DNA of 64,000 nucleotides, from contig JAAPAO010000129.1 in NCBI GenBank assembly GCA_013115145.1, positions 1-64,000 on the forward strand, given 5' to 3'. The notes under the pieces were generated by a model. The model saw nothing but the letters and a program-made list of their open reading frames with translations. It searched no databases and was not told the DNA's origin. Both the position numbers and the translations under genes were made by a program. Shown here piece by piece: positions 24,101 to 36,282 of this stretch. The first letter of the stretch is position 1; every line of letters begins with the position of its first letter. This DNA comes from Perkinsus chesapeaki ATCC PRA-425 (Eukaryota > Protista > Perkinsozoa).

Positions 24101-27100
24101 CACTGGTGATTGCTCCAAGGCGTGTGGCTCTGGCACGCAAGTCCTCCGGAGGAATATTATGGTAAATCCTAGAGGCGGAGGGACGCCCTGTCCCATCGAG
24201 GAGCTCCTCACCAAAACCGTGCAATGCAACACTGACCTGTGCCCGATTGCAGAGGTCCAGTCAGCAGTCACAGTCCCGACCGACATCTCGGCAGGCAGCG
24301 CCTTCAAGGTGGTTATAGACGGTGACAAGCTATCCCCGGCTGAGGACCGAATCATGTTACTGCCATCTACATCAACTCAGTGCGGAGATGACAACGTCAC
24401 CCATTACGGAGGGGCAGCCTGTGATTATGAAGGCCATCACGCTAAACGATTGGTGTGTGGCGACGGCGTATCGAGTATTCGTATAACAAGCGCGGCATCC
24501 GTGAGTCTCATGTCTGCTGCCCTGTAGCCTATCACCATACCTGTTCAGGTTCGGATATGTGTATGTGACTATGACTATACCGCTAGTGAGTCACTTGTTC
24601 TTCACTGGAGACCTTCATGATCATGGTTTCGTAATTTCAGGCAAGATAGCCACATCCGGTACCGTAGCCTCGGCGACGGTGGAGCCGTGCAGCAAGGTCT
24701 CCCACTACGAGCTGCAGCCTGCCTCTGGTGGGCTCATAAAGATAAATCCCTCCAGTGACTTTGGGCTCATTGTCGAGCCCAGTACGACAGGCCAGAAAGG
24801 CAGCTCTACTTGGCCAGTCGTTGTGATTGCCGGCCTAGTGTGCGTGCTGGCCATGGCTGGAGCTCTGGCGCTATACCATCGTTCAAAGCGAAAGGAGAAA
24901 TACAGTCCTGTAAGTATTAGATGAAGAGCGGTAGATTAGAGAAGCCTCTCCACTGTTAGGATCCCGATGGTGAACCAGCCTCCGACGCCCCTAGTGCCGC
25001 GATGATCGGGGACGATCTTCCCAGTTTCGACTTCATCAAGGCTTGGGACGACTACTACGTCTCTATAGGCTACAGGAGAGGTGCCACCATCATCACCGCC
25101 TCTTCATTATCCAGCAGTCCAGGCACGGCCTTCGAGATGTTCGGTATAACACCCGAGGGATTCACTGCTCCGAAGCCCTTGGCAATATCTGACATGGTCC
25201 CCACTCCTCCGCGCAGCCGTGCAGTAGGCCATCAGTGCGCTTGGTCGGGGCCAACATTGGATCTTTCTTCTTGTTTAGGGGTCCTTCAATGCCGGCTATG
25301 GCTACCCGTATGATACCGGTCCTTCCTCATTACCACAGCTGATGGTGAGAGACATAACCGCTGGCATCTGTGAATAGTTGGCATCATACAGGCACCCCAG
25401 ATGATGATGCGTCCAATGACCCCTCCGACAGAGTATGCTCTACCACAGCCAGCGCCTATGCTGGCCCTGCCCTACTATGATGAGGATGGGGGGCAGTATG
25501 ATAGCTACCAGTACGGTAGATCAGTAGCTTCACCATCTCTGGACATGTCCCTGCCGAGGCCACTCACTCCTCGAACTGCTGCTGCCAGTACTGTTGTGCA
25601 TTCGCTGATCCATTAATCTCACTTAGGTTTCCTCAACCAGGAGCTCAGCCCTCTACCAGCTTGGCAGGACCCATCTGATAGGGAGCGTGACCAGAAGGAT
25701 ATTAAGAGCAGTCCTGGTAGGCATCCCCGGTGCCCCTCGGCCATGCGTGTTGCCAAATAGTTCTAAGCGCGACGGCTGATGGGATCGTTGGAGATACAGG
25801 GGGCGAGGAAGCAGGCGGCGAAGCGACGCAGTCCGGAAAAGTTAATGGCAAGGTAGGTTTCGGAGATGCGATGAACCCTAACGCAACGGTTATGGCCGGG
25901 AAGCTTGGCCCAGGAGCGTTGTCTTGCCGATTGGCAGGTTACAGCCTTGATGAGGTCCGGCACGAAAGGCCTGCGAGCCCTCGGTAAATCATTTACTAGC
26001 CATAACAAGCAGATGTTCAATACGCTGATGTCGAGGAGCAAGCGGGCGGAGGTCGCATCCGTTGTCGACGATGAGAAGCCTCCTGCGGTAGGCAGCATGT
26101 CTCCTACTGCCTCGCGTACTTTGACCGCGCTTTGCTGTTCAAGGTGCCCCCCACTGCTTCCAGCAGCAAAGACTTGTTTGAAGGGTCGCTTCCTGACCGC
26201 GAGGGTTTGGAAGCTCAGGCAGTGGAGAGGGAGGATCGAATGGTGGGTGGCAGTCGGGAGCATTTGCGTTACTACGTTCGCGTTTCGGTAGGATGTTGGC
26301 CGGTCACGGTCGCCGAGCGTCCTGCCTCCTCCTGGTGCTCCAAAAGTCCTACCGCTTGCCGAGCTGGAGTCGGAAACTCCGGCAAAGGCACAACCTCTGG
26401 CAGCTCCAGATGCTTTGCCGAATCCGGACGACAACAAGGAGAAGTCACCGCCGAGTGAAGGGGGGGACGCCCAGAAGGGAGCGAAGGCGGAAGTAACAGA
26501 GACGGCCGAGGATGGGGTTGCACGGGAGGTGGATAACTCGGTCAAGCCCGAGACGAAGGTTTGCCAACTAGTAGGATGGTAACTCTTACCACTTTACCTT
26601 TCAGAAGGAGGAGGAGCACAGCGCCGAGGAGAAGGATCCTCTTGAGCAGACCCATAAATCTGTTACCAGCCTTCTGTCTGCTGGCTTTTCATCCCGCCGA
26701 GGCTCTACGGAGGTATCTTACTATTAGCGAGTATAACTGCGGTCGAGGCGCCCTGTCAGGATGATGCTTTGGCTGGCAACACTGTCCCTTTGCCTGGTGC
26801 TATCCCCGCTGTGGATGAGCCCCTTACTCAGAGAGAGCCAGCATCGGTGAGATTGGCCTGGATGCCTCCTGTCCGGGGTATCTGTTGTATCAGGCATCCT
26901 CCACCACACGGAAGGCTCCTCCCCCTCCTATCAATTCAGTGGACAATAACGACAATGGTGAGCCTACCTCCTTTCCAGCGTCCATTCTCAGCAGCCTCAG
27001 GTTCCTTGGTAGATCCTCTAGACTTTTCAAGCACTAGTAGCATGCTCAAGTACAAGCCGATCGAATCACTGATGAAATCGCCAAAGGGAAAGTAGGTGCC

Positions 27101-29303
27101 CTTGCTGCCACTCCCCATTTCCTACCAGGTTCTCCCTCGGCCGTATGGCTGAGAGCAACAAGACAGCTGGAATCCTTGGAAACCTTGAACGTAGTGCTCC
27201 CTCGACCCCCAGGCAACCTGCGTCGCCAACATCGGTCAAGAGTCGCTCTAGCGGCGGCGGAGGCGGAGGCTTTCAGTCGCAACGTAAGTCACGCCACTGA
27301 GTCGGCTTTGCCGTGCATCAATCTCCTCAGCGCCTAGTGTGACACATATTCGAGGACCCCCCAGCGGTAGGAGTGTTGCGGTACCCTGCCAATCTATATC
27401 CTTGGCTAGGTCTGTTTTCTAGTGGAAGGTCCCCCAGAAGTCCAGCAGTTGGAGGCAGCTCTCCGAGGTCGGGGCCTTCCCCTCCTCCTCCCCAAGTATA
27501 ACATTAGTGGCTTGTGCTGCTCGATCCATTTGTATAACTTGGACTACATGCTGTTATTGCTGACGTTCACCCTTGCCTTGCCTGGTTGCGTGGTCAATCC
27601 TTCAACCTGAACTCTCCTTATACATTCTTCTGCCGGCATGCCCCACAGTGCTTCCGGCGGCCCGCCTAGTAGCTTCTCCTCGAGGTTGATGAGACTAGTG
27701 CGAGCAAGCAAACGGAGGCTGTCGGGGGAGACGGCAAGGGCAAAGAGCAGGATTGAAAGATGCGTAGCTGTTTCGAGCGCTGCCTGGACGAAAACGGCCG
27801 AGATGCTCCGACGGCCGCGGCAACGACGACCGTCGACAAAGTCCGCTGGCGTCTGCACGGAACTTCCCCTTTTTCAAGACGCTGAAGTGATGACCTGTGG
27901 AGGGCCGACCAGCGATGGGACACCGCCGTCATCGGTAGCATCTATAGGCCAAGCACGCGCCAGGGGGGACGGAGCGCCGAAAAGCCTTGCTAGAAGGAGG
28001 AGGACCGCATACCAACGAAGACAAGTAAGAGCATCCAGCCACTGGCACAGTCCTCTGGCCACTGCTACCATCTCAGCAAACCAACAAGGATCGGATGGAG
28101 GAAGGGGGTAGACAGGCAAGGCTCAATAGAGCGTGCCAGACTGAGGACGGAGAGCAGCAATCCTATGCAGCTCTTGTAGATGCCTACTGTGACTTTAAAG
28201 CAAAAGGTGAAACGGTGCGACTATAAGATATATTATCATGCTCCTCATCTTATCAGTTACAGTGAAGATCCTAGACTTGGGGCAAAGGTATGCTAATAAG
28301 GGGGACGACATGCTAATGTATAGAGTGTTGAGCTGGTGGAGACGATACTGCATAACAGTGAAGGTGCGTAGCCTTTAGTTCACCAACCTTCTCATATCAC
28401 ATAGTAGGCCGACGGTATAGAGAAGAGTCTGGCGTGGCACACACAGGAGGAGGATCGTTTAAGGGAGGCTATTAAGAAGGCACGTAGCGAACAAATACGA
28501 GGGCCGTCCAACACCAGCCTTCCCTCCGGTGTAGACCAGCGGCTCCTGGTCACTGGTAAGCATGCCACAGAGAGGTAGGGCAAGCTCTCATCGCTGTCTA
28601 CCTAGATCCTGTCTCAGTGGCCTGTCAGAGTCTCCACCATCAGTGAGTAGTTTAGCCGGTCCTGTACCCACAAGGCGATTGCCCCGTACTACGACCATCC
28701 CCGACAACGGAGGTGTCGAGCTGTGAGTCCATCTTGGCGGAAGGGAAACATGCAGCTCCGTGTAGGTATGACGGGCCGGTGTTTGAGCCAGCCTTGCCCA
28801 AAGTAGAGGTGGAGCCGTTGTCCGCCGGCCCACTGATGGTGGACGCTACTCAAGTGCCTTGGGCTGACCGACTTGACAACACTGTCGGCGGGGAGAAGGT
28901 GACCGGTGAAAAGCATATAGCAGAGCCCTCCAGTGATGTGCATTGGAAGGCGGCTTTCCTCAATGATAACAAGAACCTCTCACGCTCTGTGGTGCCATCG
29001 AAGCCGAGTATGGCGGTTTGTGAGGCTGCTTTAGAGGAGGGCTCAGAGGGAATGACCGAACAGCCTTACCAGAACGAAGTGCTGGTGAGGAAGGTACTGG
29101 AGAAGAGCAGCCGGCGGAAGGGCCTGAGGAAAGGAGGGCAGAACAGTCTGATGATGACTGTTGACGACTTCAGACAAAAAATGGTAGGAAGGAGCCTGGT
29201 TACATACGACAAGCTGGTGATTCAGGAGGCATTGAAGATACTCGAAGAGGCGGTGTTCAATAAACCAAAGCTTACCAACATGCATCTTGCCGCTGGTGTG
29301 TGA
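18160..29303 (+). CDS. Very large type I membrane protein: signal-peptide-like N-terminus, Cys-motif repeats, one TSP1 domain, TM helix and long low-complexity cytoplasmic tail
   Basis: Hydrophobic start (FLPLLRCFTVVLLGVVPYRVASA); repeated GxYxxC[YWH]C motifs; TSP1 DCAVGSWWATGDCSKACGSGTQVLRRNI...GGGTPCP...CNTDLCP (~24075-24245); TM WPVVVIAGLVCVLAMAGALALY followed by HRSKRK (~24810-24895). I traced frame-preserving introns from the TM to ~26090. Continuity to 29303 is inferred, and the start ATG was not located. Confidence 0.65.
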
Positions 29304-29442
29304 CACATCATTATGGCAGTTATGTTGGGTTGATTAGAAATGGTTGGGCTCACCAGCGGTCATCCACGGTAGTGGCTCCCATCGGTGGGGATGGCAACAA
29401 GGGTCGGTTGTAGAACGGGGCTCCTTATTAGTAGTTAAAGCA

Positions 29443-32050
29443 TGGGAAAGAAAGCCGCTGGTGGTAAAAAAGGAAAGAAAAAGGGAAAGGATTCTAAGAA
29501 GGTTTGGGCACTGACGCGTACGCCCATATTGGCTATAGCGAGTGACCGAATAGTCTTCATTCAGCTGCCCAGCAGAGCGCTGTCAAGGAGGCAGCTGAGG
29601 TCCGTCTGAGGCATCTGGTCATGTCATCGGGGGTGCAGTATAAGGACGATGCTGGTGAGTGCTCCCTCTACCCCTGACAACAAGGCTCCTTCCGTTGTTC
29701 AGACAGCGAGGCGCTATGTATGGAAGTTGCCCGGCTCACCAAGCAGCACGGTATATCCATGAACGTCAGGACAAAACCGCTGAGACGGTGGAACCTCCTA
29801 CAGGCGAGGAGAGAGGGACTGCAGGGCAGATCGATTACCTCTGCCCTACAGGTCGCGGTCCGTAATGGCAACTTGCCTTTAGTGAGGCTCATGGTGGAGC
29901 AGCTTGGCGGCGACCTCTCGCTACGTGACGATGGTATGCCCAGGCGACTGTGCGCAATGGCAAGTCCCATTGGCAGGCCTGGCGCCATTGGGGCAGCTTG
30001 AAGGAGGAGGTGCCGAGCCAAAGGGTGACCCAAAGGGGAAGGGGAAGGACGCCAAAGCTAAGGCCAAAGCCAAGGCCAAAGCTAAGGAGGCTCCGAAGAA
30101 GGACAAGGATGGGAAGAAGAGTGGTAAGGTTATGCTTTGGCCAGAAAAATGGTGATAGATGATGACTACTACTCAGCTGGTGGCAAGGAGGCTAATGCCA
30201 AAGGCCAAGAGAGAGAAGAACTTATAAGGCGATTGTATAGGCCTCCAATACCAGCAGCTCATGGTGGCAATTGTGTACATGTGGCGGTAGACTACGGCCA
30301 TACACATGTAAAGGATGGTTGATGCGAAACACCAGAGGGATGGCTGCAGGTCCTGGATTATATAATAACTAAGGCTATGGAGTCGGGAAGCCAGAACCTC
30401 CTCAATGCTAAGACATTGGCCGGCCGCAAGCAGACGCCGTTGGTTACAGCAGCAGCGCTTGGCCGGTGAGAGACTGCGAGGTGGTCAAAAGACGGTGGCA
30501 TGTCTGGTGTTTAGGACACAGGCTGTGAAGTTACTACTGGCCCGCTGTAGAGAGCAAGTCGACGTGTTTGGTGTGGATGCAGCTGGAAGATCAGCAGCAT
30601 GGTGGGCCACCATAGTAGATGTACTCATTCATCACTCCCTTTGTTCAGGTATGCTGTTGCAATGGGCTGGCGGGGAATGCTCGGTAGGAGGCAAGGCCGA
30701 CACAAACATACTGTCCCACTCAGGGGAGCTAGCGAAGGATACGGATATCCGAACCCTTCTTTCTGATCAAGCAATGACGGACGCTACTTACAAGCATGCA
30801 ATTGAGTGTGCAGCCAGGGATGGCCACGTTGACACTGTAAACCGCTGGAGTTGTATACCGTAGAAAATTATTCCAGGTGAGACGAGCGGAGACACTGTCT
30901 GGAGACAAACGAACACAGTTGAGCAACGCAATCGGTGACATGGCACTGCGGTGAGGAAACTGCTGCTCGTTCGGCAAGATTGTACAGAGCAGATGTGGAG
31001 CACCGGACCTGCTTCGACAAAAGGAACTGCCAAAGTACATGACGATGGCCATGTGCTGCTGCCTTGCCATATATACGGCGACTAGCCGTGAGGAGCGACA
31101 AAAACTGAGTTCCTAAAATACCATCGTGTCTTGGTAGCGGATCATCGGCGGCGTCTGATACTGCTGCTACGGCACGCTCTCCAGGACGGCCCAAATGTGA
31201 GTATCTCGAAAGTCAGCTGCCTAGTTGAACATTTTGCAGCGGCTGGCTACCCAGAGCACGGCTGAGAATCAGACGGCGATGCATTTCTTATGTGGGGCGG
31301 AGATCCCCCAGGAAGAGGTGCCAAGGACAGTAGTCGGGTGGCACCTGAACTGCCTTCTCAGGACGGAAGAGAACAAGATGAAGCAGATGATGCGGAAGAC
31401 ACAACCAAACCTCCAAAGTTGTTGCTATCACCTGTACCTCGTATGCGAGGAGTACTGATGCGGAAATTCTCTCTGGCTCATTTGAACCCTTCTATTGGCA
31501 GGCCTTCGCTTACGCTGCCTACATGACAAGACACCGGCATCTTATCGAGGCAGTTGATTTGTAGAGCCACAGCCAAACAACGGCACCGAATGTGGCTGGC
31601 AGGTTGGTCGAGGCTAACGCGGCAGTAGATGTTCGAGACCATTGCAATGCAACTCCACTGCGTTACTATGAGAAGCAATATAGAGTGCTTCAACGGCGGA
31701 TGCCGGACTTCGACCGAGGTCATACTCCCTATACACGGACCTGCACATCTTTCTATCAGACCTCCACATGGAGCTTTCCGTAAAATTGGGAGAACCCCCT
31801 TTGACAGTCGATGAGGCCATTAACGTGCTGGCAATCGCTTCAGAAAGGCCTCAAACATCTCAGTCAATGGGGAGGCCTCAAACAGCCACAAGGTGAGAGA
31901 TCTTCTCTTCTCGTCGTCAGGTCAACGATCTCTCTCAGTGCAACATCGTTTTCCCATTTATCCCAAGGAGGGGAGATTGGTGGACCCACTACCAGTACGC
32001 TGAAGGCGTTTATGCATCGCATCTGTTGTCATAGGCACTCGAGCGAGCAC
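29443..32050 (+). CDS. Ankyrin-repeat protein with Lys/Ala-rich segments, multi-exon
   Basis: MGKKAAGGKKGKKKGK start; ANK-like segments VAVRNGNLPLVRLMVEQLGGD, AVKLLLARCREQVDVFGVDAAGRSAAWWA, AIECAARDGHVDTV and RLVEANAAVDVRDHCNATPL; KAKAKAKAK tract. 3' end approximate. Confidence 0.7.
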
Positions 32051-32341
32051 GCCAGGATACCACACAGGTTCAATGAAGAAACAACTAATGTTGTAATTGC
32101 CACCATGTTGTTATGCATCAGCAATACTTCGATGTTTAAAGTATCTTGTTTGAGTTTTCGAGTGTCACTACCAAACACAATATGAAATAATGAAACACAC
32201 AAAATCAAAAAATGTAACATTAAAAGAAGAGCACATTGATGTGCCACTCAACTCGTGTATTATATGGCTAATCCAAAAATACTTTATAAAAAGATAACTG
32301 ACATCCCAACCATTGAGGTTTGGATCTAATTTCTGATAGAA

Positions 32342-33866
32342 TTAATGATATGAGGGAGGATACGAGGCGGAGGAAGTCAACGGACTCCCGGAATACCGAC
32401 TTGAACAGACTGTCGTAGACGCTGTCGTCGAAGCATCGCATACCATATCAACCAAAGCCTTGACAGTTCGTCGTCTAGACCTCATCCGTTCACCGACTCG
32501 GTCATACAAATGTTCAAGTTGATGCCGATTGCCGGACTCATGGCCGTCTAACAGAACCGGTAATTGTTGAGCATAGAAGTCCACAAAGGTGCTATTGACA
32601 TCGTTGTCACAAAAGAGACGTTCGGCCTCCATTCGAGGACCAGTTGGAGCGTCACCAGCGTCAAGCTCAGCAAGCAGGAGCATCACTTCGCAGCTGCTGA
32701 AACTGTTCATCGAACTAAATCGATCGGTCTCAGGATGAACTTGATCGGCTATCCACAACGGAGTGTCTACAGAAGTTAGCCTTTCGCATGGCCGCTCAGT
32801 GAGAAGGCTCCGTATAAAGTCAGGAGGGATGACACCACCACCGGGGCAATCAAAGACACCAAGCTGGCACGTTGCAACAGCATTAGCTAATTTAAGGGCG
32901 CGCTGGCGATTGTGTTGTCGCGATAGCTTCTCCGTCTGAGGCTCGAATATAATCTCGCGAATGACGGGGTGGATGTAGCACTGAGTGAAAAGGAGAGCGA
33001 TAATCCTGAAAATAACAGACATGACCAATTAGAATGGAGGAAATATCTTACCCGATACTCCACATATCAGTTGAAGGGCCACAAGCGTTGATGTAAACTT
33101 CGGGGGCAACATAGGGATGGGTACCGCATATCCGCCCGTGAGTGTTGGCAAAGCCGAAGTCTATCAGCTTGAGGACGCCGTTCTTAGCAAAGATGAAGTG
33201 TTCTAATTTAAGATCTCGATGAACCACACCTGCTCGATGAATATGCTGCACTGCCCGCCAAATCTGAGCTAATATACCAGCAGCCTGCTCAGCCGTCACC
33301 GTCTTCCGTCTTTGTTGCAACCACGAGTGTAAGTCACCATCACCATCAATTAATTCGAGCACCAACCAGACTTGAGTGTCATCTTCGTACACTTCATAAA
33401 GGCGACAAACGTTAGGATGAGGCTCGATCTGAAGCATCGCTGCTGCCTCCGAGTACACCAAGTCGGCAGCATCCTTCCCAGCCATATCGAGCTTATCAAT
33501 CCGCTTAACAGCGAACCGCTCTCCGGTCGTCTTTCGCCGAGCGACACAGACAGACCCAGAGTAACCCTTGCCGAGGCTTTCCTCCAGGTCAAAGTCTCGT
33601 GTGATGTTACGGCCCTTGAAGACTCGTGGATCATTATGCCTTCCACCGCGAAGAATAGGGACGCGACAGGGACCCTTCGATTGGCCCCGAGGGTTCCGTA
33701 TAACCACGCGGGGGCGGCGATCCTTACGCGACTTGCCGTGCCGCGACTTGAAAGGAATCCAGTTAAAAATGCCAGAGAAGCAATAGCACGATGTTTGGGA
33801 GACTGCCATGATACCAAAAATAACTGATATAATGAAAGATAGCGGTGCTAGATTGGAAGGGGACAC
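32342..33866 (-). CDS. CAMK-group / CDPK-like Ser/Thr protein kinase, 2 exons
   Basis: LGKGYSGSV, FAVKRI, HPNVCRLYEVYED, HRDLKLEH, LIDFGFA, CGTHPYVAPE, DMWSIG|VIIALL; C-terminal region with weak EF-hand-like remnants. Confidence 0.88.
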
Positions 33867-34009
33867 TTAACACAACGACAACAACGACATTACTAGTACA
33901 ACAAATTAAATTAATCACATCGCAAAATATGCGGCCATGCCCACCATGACAATAATAAGCCAACAGAAGAGCCCGGTCAATTAAAGTAAAGACCAACACC
34001 GTATTCACA

Positions 34010-35809
34010 TTACTCCGATCCACCTCGCACCAGAGCGTACACGACATAGGCGCCATAGATGGTTAATAAGGATGCGCCCATACGCTTGCTCAGAATCCAC
34101 TTGTTCAACTTCACTGTAGCCAGAAATAAAAGTAGGACAACGGTGAGTATGAGAATATACTGCGGTAATGTACTGGTAGCACCAGTGAATAGAACCTTCT
34201 TCCCCATGGCCAGCTTGAGGGTCCATGGAACGCCCAGACCGAGCATAATGTCGAACACATTAGAGCCAATTGCGTTGGACACAGCCATGTCACCTTCTCC
34301 TTGCTTTGCCACCGCTATCGATCCAAGTGCATCGGGTACACTAGTGCCCGCAGCCAAGAACACCAGGCCCATAACGAGAGCTGGAAGGTTCAATATGCAG
34401 CCGATTCTATTGCACGCATCAACCATAAGATACGTCAGAGCTCCAATCCACAGTATAGATAACGAAAAGAGTATCCAGTACCGTGATGGGCCGGGCATAG
34501 TGTACTCCCACAGTATGACGAGGGGATCTCTTACCCACTTCCTCCACCCCTTCAGCTCCTCCTTCTCCTCCTCTTCTATTTTCCCTTCTGCCTCAACAAT
34601 GGTCGGCTCAGCCCCCTCAGTAGGCCCAGGGGCCGGGGCATAGACTTGGTGATGTATATCGATTATTGTATGGCTCTTAGCTCTGAACTTATTAACACCG
34701 TACTGGTAGGATACACGCCGATGAGGATGGTAACCGTCCAGCGACCCAGAGGCAGAATGTCTTCTTTGACTGCTCACCAAGCTGTCGACAGAGAGACCCC
34801 TGGGCCTTTGGGTTGTTGTCTCTTCGGTGGCAACATTTGGGAGCTCCGCAGCTGGAGGCGAGTCCGGGCCACCAGTGCCACCATCAGCGGCAGGTGATGA
34901 GGAAGGAGGGGCTTCCTCAATGTCTTCGCTTTCTTTTTTATCATCTTCTACAGTGGCCTGCTTGCCGGTATCGACTGTGTCTACAGCCCCGATGGCAATG
35001 ACCTCCACATCGCCGTTGCGAGCGCCCACCTTAAGAGCGATGGCCTCGCTATACTTCATAAATACACAGTATAGCACATAGGAGAACACCATGAGCAGAG
35101 CTTCCCAAATGACAATTTCCTCATCTAGTAGAACCAGACTCATCTCCGATATGGCAATAACGTAGAATATAGTATCTCTCGTTAGGGGGTACCAGCATAT
35201 CTTAAGAGACTGACCAGCAAAGAGGCAGGTGGCTCCGATGATAACGAGGATGTTGAATATAGCCGAGCCGATAATAGTACCGACACCACCTTCATTAACG
35301 ATTAAAAAGGTGGCCACGATAGAGGTGAAGAGCTCAGGAGCCGATGACCCAGCAGCCATGAAGGTGGCACCGGCCACATCCGGTGATAGCTCTAATGCTT
35401 CGGATATGGCCTCGAGAGCTATAACGAAGTAATCATCACACATAGATCCCAAAGCCTTGAAGGCATAAAGCATAAGTATGAAGGATATAATGAGATCTAG
35501 AGGAGCAGGGAGGACCGAGGTGCCGGGGGAGTCAGTGTCGCAGTCCATTATACCACTACAAGAGCAATCACCAAATACCATACCGAGAATAGAAGCCTCG
35601 TCTTCAACACCGCTCAGCTGTCTGGTAGAGGCACTGTCGGCCAACACTAGACATGGTGATAGGAGAGCCGATGCGATCACTGCTTTATACCTGAAAGATA
35701 CGAAAGAGGTCGGCTTGGGGGCAGATGGGGTATCCCACCTTGCCATAGAAGAGAGAGCGTCGTTTCCTGGGTCACGGAAAGAACACAAGGAAACACTAAA
35801 ACAGAGCAA
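34010..35809 (-). CDS. K+-dependent Na+/Ca2+ exchanger (NCKX/SLC24 family), intronless
   Basis: Alpha-1 repeat DVAGATFMAAGSSAPELFTS...GVGTIIGSAIFNIL and alpha-2 repeat LAAGTSVPDALGS...GDMAVSNAIGSNVFDI in a 599-codon ORF; the true start Met may be slightly downstream. Confidence 0.95.
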   Translation of the reverse strand: MLCFSVSLCSFRDPGNDALSSMARWDTPSAPKPTSFVSFRYKAVIASALLSPCLVLADSASTRQLSGVEDEASILGMVFGDCSCSGIMDCDTDSPGTSVLPAPLDLIISFILMLYAFKALGSMCDDYFVIALEAISEALELSPDVAGATFMAAGSSAPELFTSIVATFLIVNEGGVGTIIGSAIFNILVIIGATCLFAGQSLKICWYPLTRDTIFYVIAISEMSLVLLDEEIVIWEALLMVFSYVLYCVFMKYSEAIALKVGARNGDVEVIAIGAVDTVDTGKQATVEDDKKESEDIEEAPPSSSPAADGGTGGPDSPPAAELPNVATEETTTQRPRGLSVDSLVSSQRRHSASGSLDGYHPHRRVSYQYGVNKFRAKSHTIIDIHHQVYAPAPGPTEGAEPTIVEAEGKIEEEEKEELKGWRKWVRDPLVILWEYTMPGPSRYWILFSLSILWIGALTYLMVDACNRIGCILNLPALVMGLVFLAAGTSVPDALGSIAVAKQGEGDMAVSNAIGSNVFDIMLGLGVPWTLKLAMGKKVLFTGATSTLPQYILILTVVLLLFLATVKLNKWILSKRMGASLLTIYGAYVVYALVRGGSE

Positions 35810-36282
35810 TGAGGCCCAAGGCTGCCCTATGACCTAGCGAACGAACGGTATGAACCAGCGAGCAATGGGCGGCCTAGCCTGCGGCAACCTGAGTACTGCA
35901 AATTGAAAACATCTGGTACGATGGACAAAGCACACAAAGTTCACTTTGTGAGGTGCCCGAATCATTCCTCGGTGACAGAAATGGCACTCGATAGTGATTA
36001 TGTGTATAAATAAGCAATAGTATCAGATAGAGGAGTATCAGCGCAAGATGGTAGCAACGGTGACCCTAGCACAAGGAAATGACATTGCATCACCCACCGT
36101 CTATTTTTCAATACTAGTTGATACTAGCTAAGCCTGTGGAGAGCAGCTACGCTCAAGCGAGTAGGCAATGATCCTGGAAGATAGAAGGGGGTTACAAAGA
36201 GTCCGACGATTCCGTGGAAAGAGACAAGATGCAAAAATGTTGAGCGTTGAGGAGATGCAAGAATGGCTAAGATTGCCAAGAT

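Noticed and set aside
25763-26545. 260-aa minus-strand ORF, and similar long antisense ORFs such as 34059-34643 and 33350-33827
   Set aside because: These are shadow frames opposite well-supported genes, with no independent motifs.
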